Part shown: positions 35,406 to 36,576 of the stretch, piece by piece
Layout of the letters: every line of letters begins with the position of its first letter
How positions within the stretch are numbered: position 1 is the first letter of the stretch
Notes under the pieces: model-generated
The model's input: only the letters and a program-made list of their open reading frames with translations
Databases searched by the model: none
Told to the model about the DNA's origin: nothing
Origin: an uncultured Deferribacteres bacterium
GTDB taxonomy: Bacteria > Zhuqueibacterota > Zhuqueibacteria > Zhuqueibacterales > Geothermadaptataceae
Assembly (NCBI GenBank): GCA_964014485.1
Contig: CAXHAT010000068.1
Span: 1 to 36,576, forward strand
Length of the DNA stretch: 36,576 nucleotides
Reading direction: 5' to 3'
Made by a program: the position numbers and the translations under genes

Positions 35406-36575
35406 TCATTTCATCAATAACAGCTTCTTCTGCGCGGTGAATTGTTGCCCGATTCTGATCGTGTACATGTACAATCCGCTGGCCACGCGCTGACCGGAAT
35501 CATCACGCGCATCCCAGACGACCTTGTGCGCGCCGGGGGCGTAATCGCCGGAAACCAGCGTGCGCACGAGCTGCCCCGCGCTGTTGTAAATGCTCAACGA
35601 AACATAGCCCGCATCCACCAAATCAAACTGAATCGTCGTGCTCGGATTAAACGGATTCGGATAATTCTGATGCAAAGCGAAAGCATTTGGCAAAGTCTGA
35701 ATACTATTAACTAATGACTCATCACTGAGAACCGCCGCTTTCGGATTCTGGCAGCGATCCAACGCCGAGCAGTAATCTTCCCACGCCTTTTTGTAATCCT
35801 TGACCCCGTCGCCGTGGTAGGTCGTCGCCACTTCCAAATCGCCGTCGGCCAGGTCGCTGTCGCCGTCGTCAATATCGTCCTGCATTTTGCCGGTCGGGGT
35901 GGGATCGCAGGCGAAAGCTTCAGCGCGCTTTTGCGTCGCGATGTGGCGGGCGAGCGTGGAGAGCGTCGCCGCAATCGGATCCGTGTCCACGCCTTCGTCG
36001 CGTGCATCTTCGAGCGCGTTGGCCGCGTCGCGCATGGCGTCAAAGAAATCTTCCGTATCACTCGTATTTGCGGCGTCGTTCAGTGCGTCCTTCGCGTCTT
36101 GCAAGGCGCTCAAAGCGTCGCTCGGCGTATTCGGATCGTCGATCAGGGCCTGCACGGCGGCGCAGGCGTCGGTGATCACGTCGTTGTTGGTTTGTACGGT
36201 GACGGTGACATCGTCGGTCGCTTCGCAGCCGTTGACGTCGGTGACGGTGACGGTGTAGGTCGTGGTTGCGGTCGGCGTCGCGGTTGGATTGGCGATGGTC
36301 GCGTCGTCCAGGCCGGTCGTCGGGGTCCAGGCGATGGTCAAGGCGCCGGTTCCGCCGGAAGCCGTTGTGCCGCCGCCGATGGCGGTTGAAGCGCCGGAAA
36401 GAATCGTCGCATCCGCCCCGGCGTCAGCCGTCGGATTGGGATGGATGGTCAAATCGCCGTTGTCGGAACCGGTGCAGCCGTGAACGTCCGTCACGACGAC
36501 GGCATAATTTCCGGCCACCGATGCGCTAAAACTGGAAACGTCGCCGGGATTGGTTGCGCCGCCCGGAACCGTCCA
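35406..36575 (-). CDS. 3' end of a large secreted repeat protein (PKD/SprB-like Ig repeats, helical domain, C-terminal FlgD-like/sorting domain); partial, starts beyond the window
   Basis: The frame is open to the window edge (WTVPGGATNPGDVSSFSASVAGNYAVVVTD...). Repeats end YxVxVTDxxGC. C-terminus HQNYPNPFNPSTTIQF...IYNSAGQLVRTL...WDARDDSGQRVASGLY. Confidence 0.88.
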   Translation of the reverse strand, partial: WTVPGGATNPGDVSSFSASVAGNYAVVVTDVHGCTGSDNGDLTIHPNPTADAGADATILSGASTAIGGGTTASGGTGALTIAWTPTTGLDDATIANPTATPTATTTYTVTVTDVNGCEATDDVTVTVQTNNDVITDACAAVQALIDDPNTPSDALSALQDAKDALNDAANTSDTEDFFDAMRDAANALEDARDEGVDTDPIAATLSTLARHIATQKRAEAFACDPTPTGKMQDDIDDGDSDLADGDLEVATTYHGDGVKDYKKAWEDYCSALDRCQNPKAAVLSDESLVNSIQTLPNAFALHQNYPNPFNPSTTIQFDLVDAGYVSLSIYNSAGQLVRTLVSGDYAPGAHKVVWDARDDSGQRVASGLYMYTIRIGQQFTAQKKLLLMK

Positions 36576-36576
36576 G

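Overview
Gene-dense bacterial chromosomal window. The C-terminal 'QNYPNPFNPSTTI' sorting-type domains point to the FCB superphylum (KSB1/Calditrichota/Ignavibacteria-like; inference). From left to right it holds: a selenoprotein selD whose in-frame UGA and SECIS hairpin were missed by the ORF track; a catabolic set (aldehyde dehydrogenase, enoyl-CoA hydratase, gluconate-2-DH subunit 3/GMC fusion, beta-propeller amidohydrolase) interrupted by an M19 dipeptidase and a membrane protein; a DUF433/DUF5615 toxin-antitoxin pair; an FtsX-type permease with no ATPase in the window; an AT-rich five-gene cassette led by a small ribbon-helix-helix-like protein whose promoter is covered by 8-bp repeats; a DUF1080 protein; a prkA(yeaG)-yeaH-spoVR operon extended by three genes; pcs; a secreted TMEM260/DUF2723-like protein with an ECF sigma/anti-sigma pair; STAS and sulfotransferase genes; a choice-of-anchor I protein with a Pho-box-like promoter; ghrA; and the GC-rich 3' end of a secreted repeat protein. 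Two related 141-bp MITE-like hairpin elements with different terminal repeats lie in intergenic gaps. I found no tRNA, rRNA, CRISPR array, integrase or transposase. All family assignments come from recognising motifs by eye, not from database searches. The best candidates for something undescribed are the RHH-like cassette, the 141-bp element family, the extended prkA operon with its possible attenuator, and the TMEM260-like/ECF module.
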